From the NCBI GenBank assembly GCA_902774115.1, contig CACYHH010000003.1, forward strand, positions 219,033 to 283,032: 64,000 nucleotides of DNA. Direction: 5' to 3'. Position numbers and translations under genes: made by a program. The notes under the pieces were generated by a model. That model made no database searches. It saw only the letters and a list, made by a program, of their open reading frames with translations, and was not told the origin of the DNA. How positions within the stretch are numbered: position 1 is the first letter of the stretch; each line of letters begins with the position of its first letter. Below, one piece after another: positions 18,588 through 29,497 of the stretch. Origin of the DNA: an uncultured Spirochaetales bacterium. Lineage in GTDB: Bacteria > UBP6 > UBA1177.

Positions 18588-20963
18588 ATGAGTTCTGAAA
18601 ATTTTATGATGACTGAAATTCCGGCGACTTTGCCCGTTTTCGTGATCAAGGAAGGTGTACTTTTTCCGTTCATGCTGATGGGGATCGCGGCTCCGAACGA
18701 GAAGATTTTCGCGAATCTGCTGCGTGCGGCGGAATCGACCGGAAACTACATCGTGGTTGTTGCCGAAAAGCATCACGGTGAAGACAAAAGTCTGTTTCCG
18801 AGAATTGTAAGTATGGAAAATATCTACTCAATCGGAACGGTTGCTGCGGTTGTAAGAGAAAATGCCGAAGGTAACGGGCGCGGCAATATTCTGTTGAAAG
18901 GTTTGAAGAAAGTTTCGATAAAAGGGGTACTTTTCAATCCTGTTTTCGACATGAGTTTTGCGCGGGTAGAGGTTGTTGATGAGAACAATTTCATAGAAGC
19001 GAAGGACGAGGCACTTCTCCGCAGTGCCGTTATTGACACGAGGGAGCTTTTCAACGCGATAGGAACGCTTAACGCGTTTCCTCCTACAGTTCTTAAGGAT
19101 TTTAAAAACATCAGCGATCCTGCAAGGTTAGCTGAGTTTGTTGCTTCCAATTTCATTCGGAATACCGAAGAACTTCAGAAAGTTCTCGAAGAAAATTCGC
19201 CGCTTAAAAAGCTCAGTATGGTTCATAAAGCACTTGAAGACGCGCTTGCTTTCATGCAGGTGAAAAACGATATAAAGCGCAAGACGATGGCGCGGCTCGA
19301 CAAAGGGCAGAAGGATATGATCCTGCGCGAGCAGATAAAGCAGATCCAGAGCGAACTCGGAGAAAGCGATCCGTTTTCTGCAAGTATTCAGGATTACGAG
19401 AAAAAATTGTCCCAGAACATTCTGCCGGAATACGCCGCGACCGAAGTCAGAAAGCAGATCGACAGGCTTAAGAGCATGAGTCCTTTTTCGCAGGATTCAT
19501 CGATGCTTTCGTCGTGGATCGACTCTGTTTTCGATCTGCCTTGGAAGGATTCTACTGAGGACAACAAGGATATAAACGAAGCGGAAAAAGTGCTTCAGGC
19601 CGATCACTACGGTCTTGAAGACGTTAAAGAAAGGATCCTGGAATTTCTTGCAGTGCGTCAGATAAAAGGAGACCAGAACTCGAAATCTCCGATTCTCTGT
19701 TTCGTGGGGCCTCCCGGAGTGGGTAAGACTTCGCTCGGAAAGTCGATCGCGCGCGCTTTGAAACGTAAATTTTACCGTCTGAGTCTCGGCGGCTTGCACG
19801 ACGAAGCCGAAATCCGCGGTCACAGACGGACTTATGTCGGCGCGATGCAGGGAAAGATCCTGAAAGGGCTCACCACGTGCAAGTCGAACAACCCTGTTTT
19901 CATGCTTGACGAAATCGACAAACTGGGAAAAGATTTCCGCGGCGATCCTTCGTCGGCGCTCCTTGAAGTGCTCGATCCGGAGCAGAATTTCTCGTTTTTA
20001 GACAACTATATCGGACTTCCGTTCGATTTGAGCAAAGTATTTTTCATTGCCACGGCAAACTGGGAAGACACCATTCCCGAGCCTTTGAAAGACAGAATGG
20101 AAGTTATCAGACTTTCGGGCTACACCGACTTGGAACGTATTGAAATCGCTAAGAAATATCTGATCCCGCGTCAGCTTGAAAACAACGGGCTCGCACCTAA
20201 GGAGATCCAGTTCACGAAAGAGGCTCTTCTTTTCATTTCGAGAAGATACACCCGTGAAGCGGGAGTCAGAAACCTTGAAAGGTGCATCGGCTCGGTCTGC
20301 CGCAAAACCGTCACTCTCAAAGTGCAGAAAAAGGATTTCGCTAAGAAGATCACCCCGAAAGTTGTTGAGCAGTATCTCAAACTTCCGCCGTTTTCGGAAC
20401 ACGATTTCGACGAGGAAAAGAGGGTAGGAGTCATCACCGGTCTTGCCTGGACGCAGTATGGCGGCGCGACACTCAAAATCGAAGCGAACTCGATGAAAGG
20501 AAGCGGAAACCTGCTTCTCACCGGAAAACTTGGCGAAGTCATGCAGGAATCGGCGCGCATCGCACTTTCATTCATCCGCAGTAACGCGGCTAAATTCGGG
20601 CTCGGCGGCGATTTCACGATAAGCGACAAGGATATCCACATCCACTTCCCGGCAGGAGCGACACCGAAAGACGGCCCGAGTGCCGGGATCGCGATAACTT
20701 CGGCTCTTCTCAGCCTGTTTTTAGGCAAGGCGATCGATTCAAAGATCGCGATGACAGGAGAGATCAGCCTCACCGGCGAAGTCCTTCCTATCGGCGGCCT
20801 CAAAGAAAAACTTCTCGCCGCGAAACGCAACGAAGTTACCAAAGTCCTTATTCCCGAGCAGAACAGAGCCCTTTACGGCAGCATCGACGACGAGATAAAA
20901 TCGGGCATCGAAGTCGTTTTCGTGAAGGAATACAACGACGTTTTCAAAGTTTTGTTCGGGTAA
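18588..20963 (+). CDS. lon: ATP-dependent Lon protease
   Basis: Start at MSSENFMM (GAGGTG RBS); Lon N-domain, AAA+ Walker A GPPGVGKTS, C-terminal Ser-Lys protease domain (PKDGPSAG). Confidence 0.88.
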   Translation: MSSENFMMTEIPATLPVFVIKEGVLFPFMLMGIAAPNEKIFANLLRAAESTGNYIVVVAEKHHGEDKSLFPRIVSMENIYSIGTVAAVVRENAEGNGRGNILLKGLKKVSIKGVLFNPVFDMSFARVEVVDENNFIEAKDEALLRSAVIDTRELFNAIGTLNAFPPTVLKDFKNISDPARLAEFVASNFIRNTEELQKVLEENSPLKKLSMVHKALEDALAFMQVKNDIKRKTMARLDKGQKDMILREQIKQIQSELGESDPFSASIQDYEKKLSQNILPEYAATEVRKQIDRLKSMSPFSQDSSMLSSWIDSVFDLPWKDSTEDNKDINEAEKVLQADHYGLEDVKERILEFLAVRQIKGDQNSKSPILCFVGPPGVGKTSLGKSIARALKRKFYRLSLGGLHDEAEIRGHRRTYVGAMQGKILKGLTTCKSNNPVFMLDEIDKLGKDFRGDPSSALLEVLDPEQNFSFLDNYIGLPFDLSKVFFIATANWEDTIPEPLKDRMEVIRLSGYTDLERIEIAKKYLIPRQLENNGLAPKEIQFTKEALLFISRRYTREAGVRNLERCIGSVCRKTVTLKVQKKDFAKKITPKVVEQYLKLPPFSEHDFDEEKRVGVITGLAWTQYGGATLKIEANSMKGSGNLLLTGKLGEVMQESARIALSFIRSNAAKFGLGGDFTISDKDIHIHFPAGATPKDGPSAGIAITSALLSLFLGKAIDSKIAMTGEISLTGEVLPIGGLKEKLLAAKRNEVTKVLIPEQNRALYGSIDDEIKSGIEVVFVKEYNDVFKVLFG

Positions 20964-20966
20964 ATT

Positions 20967-23234
20967 TCACTCGATATTCCTGACGCATTTGACTAAACCG
21001 TAATCTTTCTTTATGTCACGGAAATCCAGAATGTTATAATAAAAACTGTAAAGGACGATGACTTTATCAGGATCGTCTGATTTGAAGGATGAAGACCAGA
21101 AAGTGTCATGAGAAGGATAATTATAGGTGTTTTCGGGAATTCTGCATTTGCACTGCGATATGCATTCTTCCGAAAGACAACAGTTCTTTTCGCTCGCTTC
21201 GCATGATTCTTTCGGAATGTTGTTGCACGATTTCGCGAAAGTCCAAAGTTCCTCGACTTTAGGAAGTCTCCAGTCGGTGTATCCCGCTTCCTCATGATTT
21301 TCACAGTATTTTTTTGCTTCCGACCATCTCAAAAGCTGAAAAGAAGTGGAAGTGGAAGGAGGAAATGAAGATGAAGTTGAAGACCACATCAATCCTGCGA
21401 TATTGTTGACACATGCATTGTCGGTATAATTGATGAAACAGTCGTTTGAATTGACGGCAATGCATTTGTTCGATTTGAGATAGTATCCTTTTTTGCATCC
21501 GCATGTGAAGCTGGAAGCGCCTGTCGGAACACAAGTGCCGTCAGAATTTTCTTTTTCCTGGCAAGGCGCGGCGTCGCACGGGTTCACGCACTCGAAATTT
21601 TCGTTCAGGAAATAGTTTTCCTCACACTGGCAGGAGACATTTTCTATTCCGTCTTTTTCCTGCACGTTAAGGCAAAGTCCTGTCGAATGGGCTTTGTCTT
21701 TACACAAATTGTCGTCGCATATTTTAACACACTGCGAATTTTCCAACGTATAACCGTCACTGCAGCCGCATTCTCCCTCTTTAACGACGATTTCTTCGGT
21801 CGAAACGCATTTTTCTCCGGTCCATATTTCACTTCCGGGACATGGATCAAAGGCTACGCAGCAGTTTGCGTTTGCTTTTCCTGTGATTTTGCCGGCTGTG
21901 GATATAGAGTCGGGTGCAGAGTAGAAAAGTGCTTTTGTCGGGTCTTCCGCATATGTGGTAGATGACCAGCATAAAAGGGCTTCATATTGACTGCGTAATT
22001 TAGATATGCTGAAGTAGGCTTCGTTTCTGTTGGGCAGTCTCCAGTCTGATATACCGGCGTAAGTCAGGTTTTCGCAGTATTCAAGAGCCTCTTCCCAGTT
22101 TTTGCCTTCTTCTGGGGTTCTGATAAACAGAAGTTTTTGCGGAATAAGGGCTACTATTTTGTAGTCATCTGATTGCAGTGTAATAGAGCATGAACCGGTT
22201 TTTTCCGAAGTATCTCTTACTTTGCGCAAGTTCACTTCTGCCGGTAGCGCATTTTCGCCGTAAGTGTTTGAGAATGTGAGCCCCGTATTGAAATTAATTC
22301 CTTCCATCTGATAGCAGTAAGAATATTGCTCCGGAGGTCCTCCGGGCGGTGACTTGTAACCGTACCCAGGACACATATAAAATGTTCCCGAAACGGTTGA
22401 ATTGCTAGTGATTTTCATAGGAGAAGCGTCCGGGAAATATGCTTCGTTTATAGCCGGAGAGAATGTTCCGCTGTCGACTATTGAATTCAGATCCTGAGTG
22501 GTTGCACTTCTCCAGTCGGAATATTCTTCAAAAGCAGGATTATCAATGTAGGCCTGATATATGTTGGCCGATGTTTGACTTGTTACAACTTCCGGAAGCC
22601 ATTCAAGTCCGGAATTGTTGTCAATGACGGTTCTGCCGGCTCCGTAATGTTTTATTGTGAAATCTTGCGGAAGACACGATCCGTTTTCGGCATAATTTGC
22701 ATCCTGACCGAAGAAAGGTTCTCCGGCTTTAGGGCAGGGGATCTCTTTTTCGTTGTCGTAGCATTTTGTCTGACCGGTGCATGACAAACCTTTAAAAGAG
22801 TTTTCCGGCTCGCAGATTTTTTTGTTCGGAAACCAGACATAATTTTCATTACAAACGCAGAGATATTCACCTTTTCTGCCTTTTGTCAGGCATTCTCCGG
22901 TGGAATTTTCGACATTTTTGCATGGTTCTTCAAGACAGGGATCTATGAAAGGTTTAATATCTTCATCTTCAGTATTTTCCTCGTCTTCGTCAGGTTTTTG
23001 GTCGTCTTCATCAGTGATTTCTGTATCCTCATCATGTTCTATATCGTCGTCGTTTTCGATGGTTTCAATATCCTTATCAGATTCCAAGCCTGTGTCATAA
23101 TCCGCATTCTCAATATCGTCAGTGTCGTCAGTATCAGGATTTTCAGCCGAAGGATCGTTGTCTGTAATGTGTTTTGCGTTGGTGTTGCAAGAGATAAAGA
23201 GAAAAATAAGAAATGCTGTAAAAATTATTTTCAT
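20967..23234 (-). CDS. Lipoprotein with acidic N-terminal linker, EGF-like Cys repeats and three DUF1566/Fibrobacter-major-paralogous domains
   Basis: Lipobox FISCNTN; D/E/T-rich linker; repeated C..C..C..Y modules; WRLPNRNE / WRLPKVEEL motifs. Confidence 0.7.
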   Translation of the reverse strand: MKIIFTAFLIFLFISCNTNAKHITDNDPSAENPDTDDTDDIENADYDTGLESDKDIETIENDDDIEHDEDTEITDEDDQKPDEDEENTEDEDIKPFIDPCLEEPCKNVENSTGECLTKGRKGEYLCVCNENYVWFPNKKICEPENSFKGLSCTGQTKCYDNEKEIPCPKAGEPFFGQDANYAENGSCLPQDFTIKHYGAGRTVIDNNSGLEWLPEVVTSQTSANIYQAYIDNPAFEEYSDWRSATTQDLNSIVDSGTFSPAINEAYFPDASPMKITSNSTVSGTFYMCPGYGYKSPPGGPPEQYSYCYQMEGINFNTGLTFSNTYGENALPAEVNLRKVRDTSEKTGSCSITLQSDDYKIVALIPQKLLFIRTPEEGKNWEEALEYCENLTYAGISDWRLPNRNEAYFSISKLRSQYEALLCWSSTTYAEDPTKALFYSAPDSISTAGKITGKANANCCVAFDPCPGSEIWTGEKCVSTEEIVVKEGECGCSDGYTLENSQCVKICDDNLCKDKAHSTGLCLNVQEKDGIENVSCQCEENYFLNENFECVNPCDAAPCQEKENSDGTCVPTGASSFTCGCKKGYYLKSNKCIAVNSNDCFINYTDNACVNNIAGLMWSSTSSSFPPSTSTSFQLLRWSEAKKYCENHEEAGYTDWRLPKVEELWTFAKSCNNIPKESCEASEKNCCLSEECISQCKCRIPENTYNYPSHDTFWSSSFKSDDPDKVIVLYSFYYNILDFRDIKKDYGLVKCVRNIE

Positions 23235-23243
23235 ATCAGCCTC

Positions 23244-24857
23244 CTATCTCACACACTTTACATGATAGAATATATCTTTGTTTTCTGAAATCACTGCAGC
23301 TGTATAAAATAAAACAGTCCAGGCAACATGGCCGCTGTATAAATACTCACTTGTTGTCATTTTTGTTGTGGAAGACCAGAAATACTCCAGCGGTATATCA
23401 GGAAAATCGGATGCCGGGCTGTATTTGTCGTAATTTGAAAGAGATACAAGTTCGTTTATGTTCGGAAGCCTCCAGTCAGAGTATCCTGCGTAAGTCAGAT
23501 TTTCGCAGTATTCGAGAGCTTCTTTCCATCTTTTTCCGGCAGCATGTTCTTTCTGCCAGATTAAGCCTGTAGCAGTGTCGGTTACGATTTCATCACCGTC
23601 CAGTGTTGAAACAACAAAAATGTCTTCCTGAATTGTTTCTCCGCGGACACAGCGGACTTCGCGTTTTTTGCTTACTGCATCATAGAACATGTCTCCTGAA
23701 CCGAAATTCCCGTGCCATACCTGATTCGGATTGCCGGCATAAAGTTTCGAAGTCCAGAAAGTTTTTGGTTCCTTGAAATAGTTTCCGGTGATTTCAGGAT
23801 CGCAGCGTCCATAGTCAATGTTGGCGAAAAGTTCTTTCGGTGTCGGAAGTCTCCAGTCATCGTATCCGCCGTATTCAAGGTTTTCGCAGTAATAGACAGC
23901 GTCCTTCCAAGTGTATATTTCTGTAGGTATTGTCTGTTGCCACTCAAGTTTCAGATTTTTGTCAATAATGATGTTTTCGTTTTCGATACCGGTTTCCTTT
24001 ATTGAATAATTTTTGCGGACACAGGTTCCTAAAGCGGCATTTATGGCATCCTGTCCGAAAAAATTAAAACCTTCGGCGGGACAACGTGCACTCTCTTTCT
24101 GCGCAACATCCGTGTAACATTCCGACTGGCAGGAGCAGATGTTGCCAAGGCTAAGTTTTGAGGTGATTTCTTTGCACTTTTCTTCATTCCAAGTGTATCC
24201 GTCATCGCATCCGCAGGAATAAATATATGGAGTTGTAGTAGTGCAGGTGCCGTCTGAATGTCCGACTGCAGCGCAAGGATCAGAATCACAGAGGTTTTTA
24301 CACTCTTCACCGTCCCAGAAATAATTTTTTATACATATAAAGTGGCAAGCTCCTGTTTCCTCGTTGTATTCAGTTGCTATAGGTTCGCTCCATTCACCTT
24401 TTTCGTAGTACTGGTAATAATATATAGCTGTATTCCAGAGGGAATTTTCAGGTTTTTCGTTACACTGAACTCGTTTGTAGCATTTTTTGTCAGATTCGTC
24501 CCATGTTCCGCCAACCTTGAGGCATTCTGTGCGTGTCGGTTTGCCGGAATCGTTGTCATCATCGGATTCGGTATCTGGTTTGTCCGAGTCAGTATCTTTG
24601 TCAGGTTTGGAATCTGCTTCTGTATCGGTTTCATCTTCATCTTCTGTTTCTTCATCTTCTTCCCAGCCTTCTTCTTCATCCATGTCGAAGTCAGCATCGG
24701 TCGAATCTTCATCGGTATTTGAAACAGGTTCTATTTTTGTGCTGCTGCCGCAGCCTGAAAAAAGAAAAACTGCCGCGAAAAAGAGAAGAAAAAATGAAAA
24801 TTTAGTGCTGAAAACGGTGGAAAACGGCACGATTTTTGTCATTTTGAACCTCTTCAA
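23244..24857 (-). CDS. Lipoprotein with acidic linker, EGF-like Cys repeats and DUF1566/Fibrobacter-major-paralogous domains
   Basis: Lipobox LFSGCGSS; poly-acidic linker; WRLPTPKELF and WRLPNINELV motifs; paralogous to 20967..23234. Confidence 0.7.
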   Translation of the reverse strand: MKRFKMTKIVPFSTVFSTKFSFFLLFFAAVFLFSGCGSSTKIEPVSNTDEDSTDADFDMDEEEGWEEDEETEDEDETDTEADSKPDKDTDSDKPDTESDDDNDSGKPTRTECLKVGGTWDESDKKCYKRVQCNEKPENSLWNTAIYYYQYYEKGEWSEPIATEYNEETGACHFICIKNYFWDGEECKNLCDSDPCAAVGHSDGTCTTTTPYIYSCGCDDGYTWNEEKCKEITSKLSLGNICSCQSECYTDVAQKESARCPAEGFNFFGQDAINAALGTCVRKNYSIKETGIENENIIIDKNLKLEWQQTIPTEIYTWKDAVYYCENLEYGGYDDWRLPTPKELFANIDYGRCDPEITGNYFKEPKTFWTSKLYAGNPNQVWHGNFGSGDMFYDAVSKKREVRCVRGETIQEDIFVVSTLDGDEIVTDTATGLIWQKEHAAGKRWKEALEYCENLTYAGYSDWRLPNINELVSLSNYDKYSPASDFPDIPLEYFWSSTTKMTTSEYLYSGHVAWTVLFYTAAVISENKDIFYHVKCVR

Positions 24858-24912
24858 TTCACAAAAAACAGAATATTATATTTAAAATTAAAATAAAAAA
24901 CAGAAAATCGGA

Positions 24913-24940
24913 TTGACAACTTTAATTGAATTACTATATA
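24913..24940 (+). promoter_or_regulatory. Putative sigma70-like promoter of panD (TTGACA-16nt-TATATA)
   Basis: TTGACA at 24913-24918, TATATA(T) at 24935-24940, about 36 nt upstream of the panD start; AT-rich context. Confidence 0.35.
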
Positions 24941-24976
24941 TACAGCCGTTTTTTGCTGTGTATGTTTGAGGATGCA

Positions 24977-25324
24977 ATGTTCGGCAAGTTTTTGAAATCG
25001 AAAATTCATCGCGCGGTCGTTACCGGAGCCGATATAAACTATCAGGGAAGTATCACGATAGACAGAAAATTGATGGCGGTTGCAGATTTGCAGCCGTTTG
25101 AATTTGTTGACATCTGGGATGTTACGAACGGTGCAAGGCTTGAGACTTACGTCATCGAAGGCGAGGCGGGCTCAGGCTGCATCTGCATCAACGGCGCGGC
25201 GGCTCATCTTGTAAAAAAGAACGATCTGGTGATCATTGCTTCGCACAGGTATGTTTCGGAAGGCGAGAAGATTCCCGAACCGAAAATCGTTTTTGTCGAT
25301 TCTCACAACAAGCCCGTTCATTAG
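24977..25324 (+). CDS. panD: Aspartate 1-decarboxylase
   Basis: [29 protein letters not shown] matches PanD N-terminus including the self-cleavage Gly-Ser; GAGGA RBS; 115 aa. Confidence 0.88.
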   Translation: MFGKFLKSKIHRAVVTGADINYQGSITIDRKLMAVADLQPFEFVDIWDVTNGARLETYVIEGEAGSGCICINGAAAHLVKKNDLVIIASHRYVSEGEKIPEPKIVFVDSHNKPVH

Positions 25325-25332
25325 AGGTTTTT

Positions 25333-25689
25333 ATGGAAAAGAAACAAAGAGTTTTCGGCAGAGCTCCGATTTCGCTCAAAATCTCTCTTTCGGAAGATAC
25401 TGACGACATCAGCATCAAATTCGACACCGCCAATCTCAGCGAGGGCGGTATTTTTGTAAAATCTTCGCTGCTCTGGGAGCCCGGTCAGGTTTTCAATCTT
25501 GCTTTCACTCTGCCGGGATTTGACAAGGAAATCAGGGTGAAAGGCGTAGTCGCCAGAAGTGACGACAAATACTCGATTTTTACCGAAATTGATTCTTCGA
25601 TTCCGGGAATGGGGATAAAATTTATCGATCTGAGTGACGAAGACAGAAAAATTATAAAAGAGTTTATTTCGCAGCTCGATTCTAAATAA
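25333..25689 (+). CDS. PilZ-domain protein (putative c-di-GMP receptor)
   Basis: 118 aa; QRVFGRAPISL (RxxxR-like) followed by D.S.GG(IF) PilZ motif (DTANLSEGGIFV). Confidence 0.6.
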   Translation: MEKKQRVFGRAPISLKISLSEDTDDISIKFDTANLSEGGIFVKSSLLWEPGQVFNLAFTLPGFDKEIRVKGVVARSDDKYSIFTEIDSSIPGMGIKFIDLSDEDRKIIKEFISQLDSK

Positions 25690-25706
25690 ATGTTTTTGTC
25701 CGACAG

Positions 25707-26213
25707 GTGAAAATGCGGGAAAATGGCAATAATAACAATTACTTGTCTGTAAGGCGCAAACACTTTCTGTGGGGAGCTTTCGCTCTTGTCCTGTTCGGAG
25801 CGATCCTTTATTTTGCAAATATAGCGGGCGATTACGCCGAAAAAAATGATATTGAAACATTGGAAGATGTTAAAGAAAACGTTGCCGGTATTTTGAAGCA
25901 CGATTTCGCAATTTTTCCGGAAAACGACGCTGCCGAAGAGGAAAAAAAGGAGATAGAAAAAGAGGAAAAATCCAAAAATATCCTTAAAGCTCCGATCCTT
26001 CTCAACTGTTCGGTAGAAGACGGGAAGGCGGTCGTCAAAGAGCCTTTCGAAGTTGCAAAAAATAAGGTGACAAATGCTGTCTTTGAACTTGCTAATCACG
26101 GCAACACCATGTATTCATTGAACTTTTCTTCAAAAGAAAACGCTGTTTACTGCAAAGGGACTTTGAAAGAAGGGCAGCAGAAAATTTTTGTCTATTACTG
26201 CGAGAAAATATGA
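25707..26213 (+). CDS. Hypothetical membrane-anchored protein (168 aa)
   Basis: N-terminal TM helix; stop overlaps CDF gene start (ATGA). Confidence 0.5.
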   Translation: MKMRENGNNNNYLSVRRKHFLWGAFALVLFGAILYFANIAGDYAEKNDIETLEDVKENVAGILKHDFAIFPENDAAEEEKKEIEKEEKSKNILKAPILLNCSVEDGKAVVKEPFEVAKNKVTNAVFELANHGNTMYSLNFSSKENAVYCKGTLKEGQQKIFVYYCEKI

Positions 26214-27106
26214 ACAATAACGACTGTTCAACCGAAAAAAAGATAAAAAGCGTCACTGCTGTCGGACTTTTAGCCAACTTTTTTCTGACGGTTTTCAAGA
26301 TCGTTGCCGGATATTTCGGAAACAGCCAGACAGTCATAGCCGACGGTATCCACAGTTTGAGCGATTCTGTGACTGATATCGCCGTAATCGTCGGTTCATC
26401 ATTCTGGAGCGCGCCGCCCGATGAAAGCCATCCGCACGGCCATAAAAGAATAGAGACTTTTATCACGGTTATTATAGGACTCGCGCTTTTCTTCGTCGCT
26501 TACGGGATCGGGCATAACGCGGTTGTGACTTTTGAAGAGCCCGACGAAGCTCCATCATGGATTGCATTCGCCGCCGCAATAGTTTCAATTCTTGTAAAAG
26601 AAATTCTCTATCACTATACCCACTATTTCGGAAAAAAGCTGAAATCATTGGCTGTAGTTGCAAACGCATGGCATCACAGAAGCGACGCGATAAGCTCTGT
26701 TCCTGCTGCTCTTGCAGTAATAATTTCAATGAAATTCCCTGCTTATCCTTATATCGACAATATCGGCGCGATTGTGGTTTCGCTCTTTATCGTCTGGACT
26801 GCGTTCAAAATTTCATGGTCTTCGGTTCTTGAACTCACCGATGCCGGTGCCGAAAAACACGAGTGCGAGGCTATCGAGTGCGCGGCAAAGAGCGTCGAAG
26901 GGGTAAAAAGCATTCACAAGTGCAGAACGAGAAAATACGGAAGCGGAATACAGGTCGATCTTCATATTCAGGTCGATCCGGACATAACAGTCCGCGAAGG
27001 GCACGCGATAGGGCACAAAGTCGAAGACGAACTTTTCAAAAACCACGATGTCATCGATGTCATAGTCCATGTCGAGCCTGATGATGAATGTGAAAGAAAT
27101 CATTAA
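26210..27106 (+). CDS. Cation diffusion facilitator family transporter
   Basis: 6-TM CDF core with HSLSDS and HHRSD metal-site motifs; C-terminal cytoplasmic domain; 298 aa. Confidence 0.8.
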   Translation: MNNNDCSTEKKIKSVTAVGLLANFFLTVFKIVAGYFGNSQTVIADGIHSLSDSVTDIAVIVGSSFWSAPPDESHPHGHKRIETFITVIIGLALFFVAYGIGHNAVVTFEEPDEAPSWIAFAAAIVSILVKEILYHYTHYFGKKLKSLAVVANAWHHRSDAISSVPAALAVIISMKFPAYPYIDNIGAIVVSLFIVWTAFKISWSSVLELTDAGAEKHECEAIECAAKSVEGVKSIHKCRTRKYGSGIQVDLHIQVDPDITVREGHAIGHKVEDELFKNHDVIDVIVHVEPDDECERNH

Positions 27107-27123
27107 CAATTTCGGAGGTTTAT

Positions 27124-27672
27124 ATGTTTGAAGGAACAACCATTATCTGTGTCAGGGACAAGTCTTCGGTAATCATCGCAGGCGACGGGCAGGTGACTTT
27201 CGGAAACACCGTTCTCAAAGGGAATGCCCGCAAAGTAAGAAGGCTTGCGGAAGGGCGCATTGTTGCCGGTTTTGCAGGTTCAACAGCCGATGCGGTGACA
27301 CTTTTCGAGATTTTTGAGGAAAAACTTAAAAAATACAACTACCAGCTGAAAAAATCGGCAGTTGAGCTCAGCAAAGCGTGGAGAAAGGACAGAGTTTTAG
27401 GTAAACTCGAAGCGCTTCTTCTTGTTGCCGACAGCGAAGAGACCCTGCTGATTTCGGGAAGCGGAGACGTTCTCGAGCCTGAAAAGAACATCATCGCGAT
27501 CGGTTCGGGCGGAAACTACGCCTACGCAGCTGCCGTCGCTCTCAGCGAAAACACGAAGCTTGCGGCTCACGAAGTTGCTCTGCGTTCGCTCAAAATAGCG
27601 TCCGACATCTGCATCTACACCAATTCGAATTTCACTTTTGAAGAAATCAAGCTTAACGGAGAAAAGAAATGA
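27124..27672 (+). CDS. hslV: ATP-dependent protease subunit HslV
   Basis: N-terminal TTI(ICVR) Thr nucleophile, GSGGNYA; 182 aa. Confidence 0.9.
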   Translation: MFEGTTIICVRDKSSVIIAGDGQVTFGNTVLKGNARKVRRLAEGRIVAGFAGSTADAVTLFEIFEEKLKKYNYQLKKSAVELSKAWRKDRVLGKLEALLLVADSEETLLISGSGDVLEPEKNIIAIGSGGNYAYAAAVALSENTKLAAHEVALRSLKIASDICIYTNSNFTFEEIKLNGEKK

Positions 27673-29060
27673 GCAAATATTCAGTCGAAGAATTGACTCC
27701 AAAGCGTGTCGTCGAAGAGCTCAACCGCTTCATAATCGGGCAGGACGAGGCAAAAAAGGCGGTCGCGGTCGCACTCAGAAACCGCTGGAGACGCTCAAAA
27801 ATAGAAGACGATTTTCTGCGTAAAGAGATAACTCCGAGAAATATCCTCATGTCGGGACCTACCGGAGTCGGCAAAACCGAGATTGCAAGAAGGCTCGCCG
27901 AGATTTCGAACGCGCCGTTTCTCAAGGTCGAAGCGACGAAATTCACAGAAGTCGGATATGTCGGCAGGGATGTCGAATCGATGATCAAAGACCTTGTCAA
28001 ACACGCGGTAAACGAGAAAAAAAGAATCGAAACCGAAATAGTCTACAAAAAGGCGGAAAGTATCGCTGTCGACAAAATTCTCGATCTGCTCAATGTTCCG
28101 AACCCCGAAAAACTTCCCAAAGACGAAGACGGCTACGAAGAAAAATACAAAAGGCAGAGTGACTACCGCAAAAAAATGGCGGACAAGCTTGAAAACGGCA
28201 AGCTCGACGACAAAAAAGTGAGTGTTCCGATAAAGCCGAGTACTCCTATCCCGGTTTTCGAAGTTATCAGCGGTTCGGGCGGGATCGAGGAAATCGATTC
28301 GATGATAAAAGATATGATGAGCAACATTTTCCCGCCTAATGCGCCTCAGCAGAAAGGGAAAAAAGAGAAGACGATGCCAGTTTCGGAGGCTTTCGAATAC
28401 ATTCTCCAGACTGAGGCCGAAAAGCTGCTCGACCACGAAAAAATCGTCCGTGAAGCACTTGAATGGGTCGAGGAAGACGGAATAATTTTCATCGACGAAA
28501 TCGATAAAATCATCGCAAGCGGCTCTGCGAACGGACCGGATGTTTCGCGTGAAGGTGTCCAGCGCGACATTTTACCAATAGTTGAGGGGTGCATTGTCAA
28601 TACAAAATACGGACCTGTAAAGACAGATCACATACTTTTCATTGCGGCAGGCGCATTCCACATGAATTCCCCCGAAGATCTAATCCCCGAGCTTCAGGGG
28701 CGTTTCCCGATAAAGGCGCGCCTTCTTTCACTCACGAAAAAGGATTTTGTCAGAATTCTGACCGATACCGAAAATTCGCTTCCCGTGCAGTATGCGGAAC
28801 TTATGAAATCTGAAAACGTCACTCTCAGTTTCACTCCGTCGGGAATAGAAGAGATCGCAGCGATCGCATTCGAAGAGAACAGCACGACGCAGGATATCGG
28901 CGCAAGACGCCTGCAGTCGGTTATGGAGATCCTTCTTGAGGATATCTCATTTACGGCTTCGGAAAAAAGCGGCTCAAAAATCAAGATCGACAAGGCTTAC
29001 GTCAATAAGTGGTATAAGTCGGCACGCGAAAACGAAAAACTTTCCAACTATATAATTTAA
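27669..29060 (+). CDS. hslU: ATP-dependent protease ATPase subunit HslU
   Basis: [33 protein letters not shown], Walker [16 protein letters not shown]; 463 aa. Confidence 0.9.
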   Translation: MSKYSVEELTPKRVVEELNRFIIGQDEAKKAVAVALRNRWRRSKIEDDFLRKEITPRNILMSGPTGVGKTEIARRLAEISNAPFLKVEATKFTEVGYVGRDVESMIKDLVKHAVNEKKRIETEIVYKKAESIAVDKILDLLNVPNPEKLPKDEDGYEEKYKRQSDYRKKMADKLENGKLDDKKVSVPIKPSTPIPVFEVISGSGGIEEIDSMIKDMMSNIFPPNAPQQKGKKEKTMPVSEAFEYILQTEAEKLLDHEKIVREALEWVEEDGIIFIDEIDKIIASGSANGPDVSREGVQRDILPIVEGCIVNTKYGPVKTDHILFIAAGAFHMNSPEDLIPELQGRFPIKARLLSLTKKDFVRILTDTENSLPVQYAELMKSENVTLSFTPSGIEEIAAIAFEENSTTQDIGARRLQSVMEILLEDISFTASEKSGSKIKIDKAYVNKWYKSARENEKLSNYII

Positions 29061-29071
29061 TTGAGGAAATC

Positions 29072-29329
29072 ATGCGGTATCAGTATGAAACGAGCGGAAC
29101 TTGCTCAGAAATGATCCTTTTCGACATCGATGAAAACAAAGTCGTCACGAACATCAAGTTCATCGGTGGCTGCAACGGAAACCTGAAAGCCGTTTCCAAA
29201 ATTGTTGACGGCTGGACGGCTGACCAGATCGCGGCGAAACTTCTCGGCAACGAATGCGGATTCAAAGGAACTTCATGCGCCGACCAGCTCGCAAAGGCGG
29301 TTCTCGAAGCGGCGGAAAAGGTGAAATAA
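29072..29329 (+). CDS. TSCPD-domain protein (TIGR03905-like)
   Basis: 85 aa; GTCSEMI...GGCNGNLKAV...TSCADQLAKA pattern. Confidence 0.6.
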   Translation: MRYQYETSGTCSEMILFDIDENKVVTNIKFIGGCNGNLKAVSKIVDGWTADQIAAKLLGNECGFKGTSCADQLAKAVLEAAEKVK

Positions 29330-29497
29330 TATCGGCGGTTCTCTGTGGCTTCTATAAATAACAATATTGTAAAAATTCTTTAATAAAATCAGATTTTTTT
29401 CTTTTATTTGAATTCTTTGGTCAGAAAAATCGCTATTTTATGCAACTAAATATATGCTTATTTGTTTTTGTTTTTTTAACTTATGGAGGCTGAAATG

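Noticed and set aside
20171-20842. 223-aa ORF antisense to lon
   Set aside because: The Lon frame is unambiguous (Walker A, catalytic Ser), so the antisense frame is spurious.
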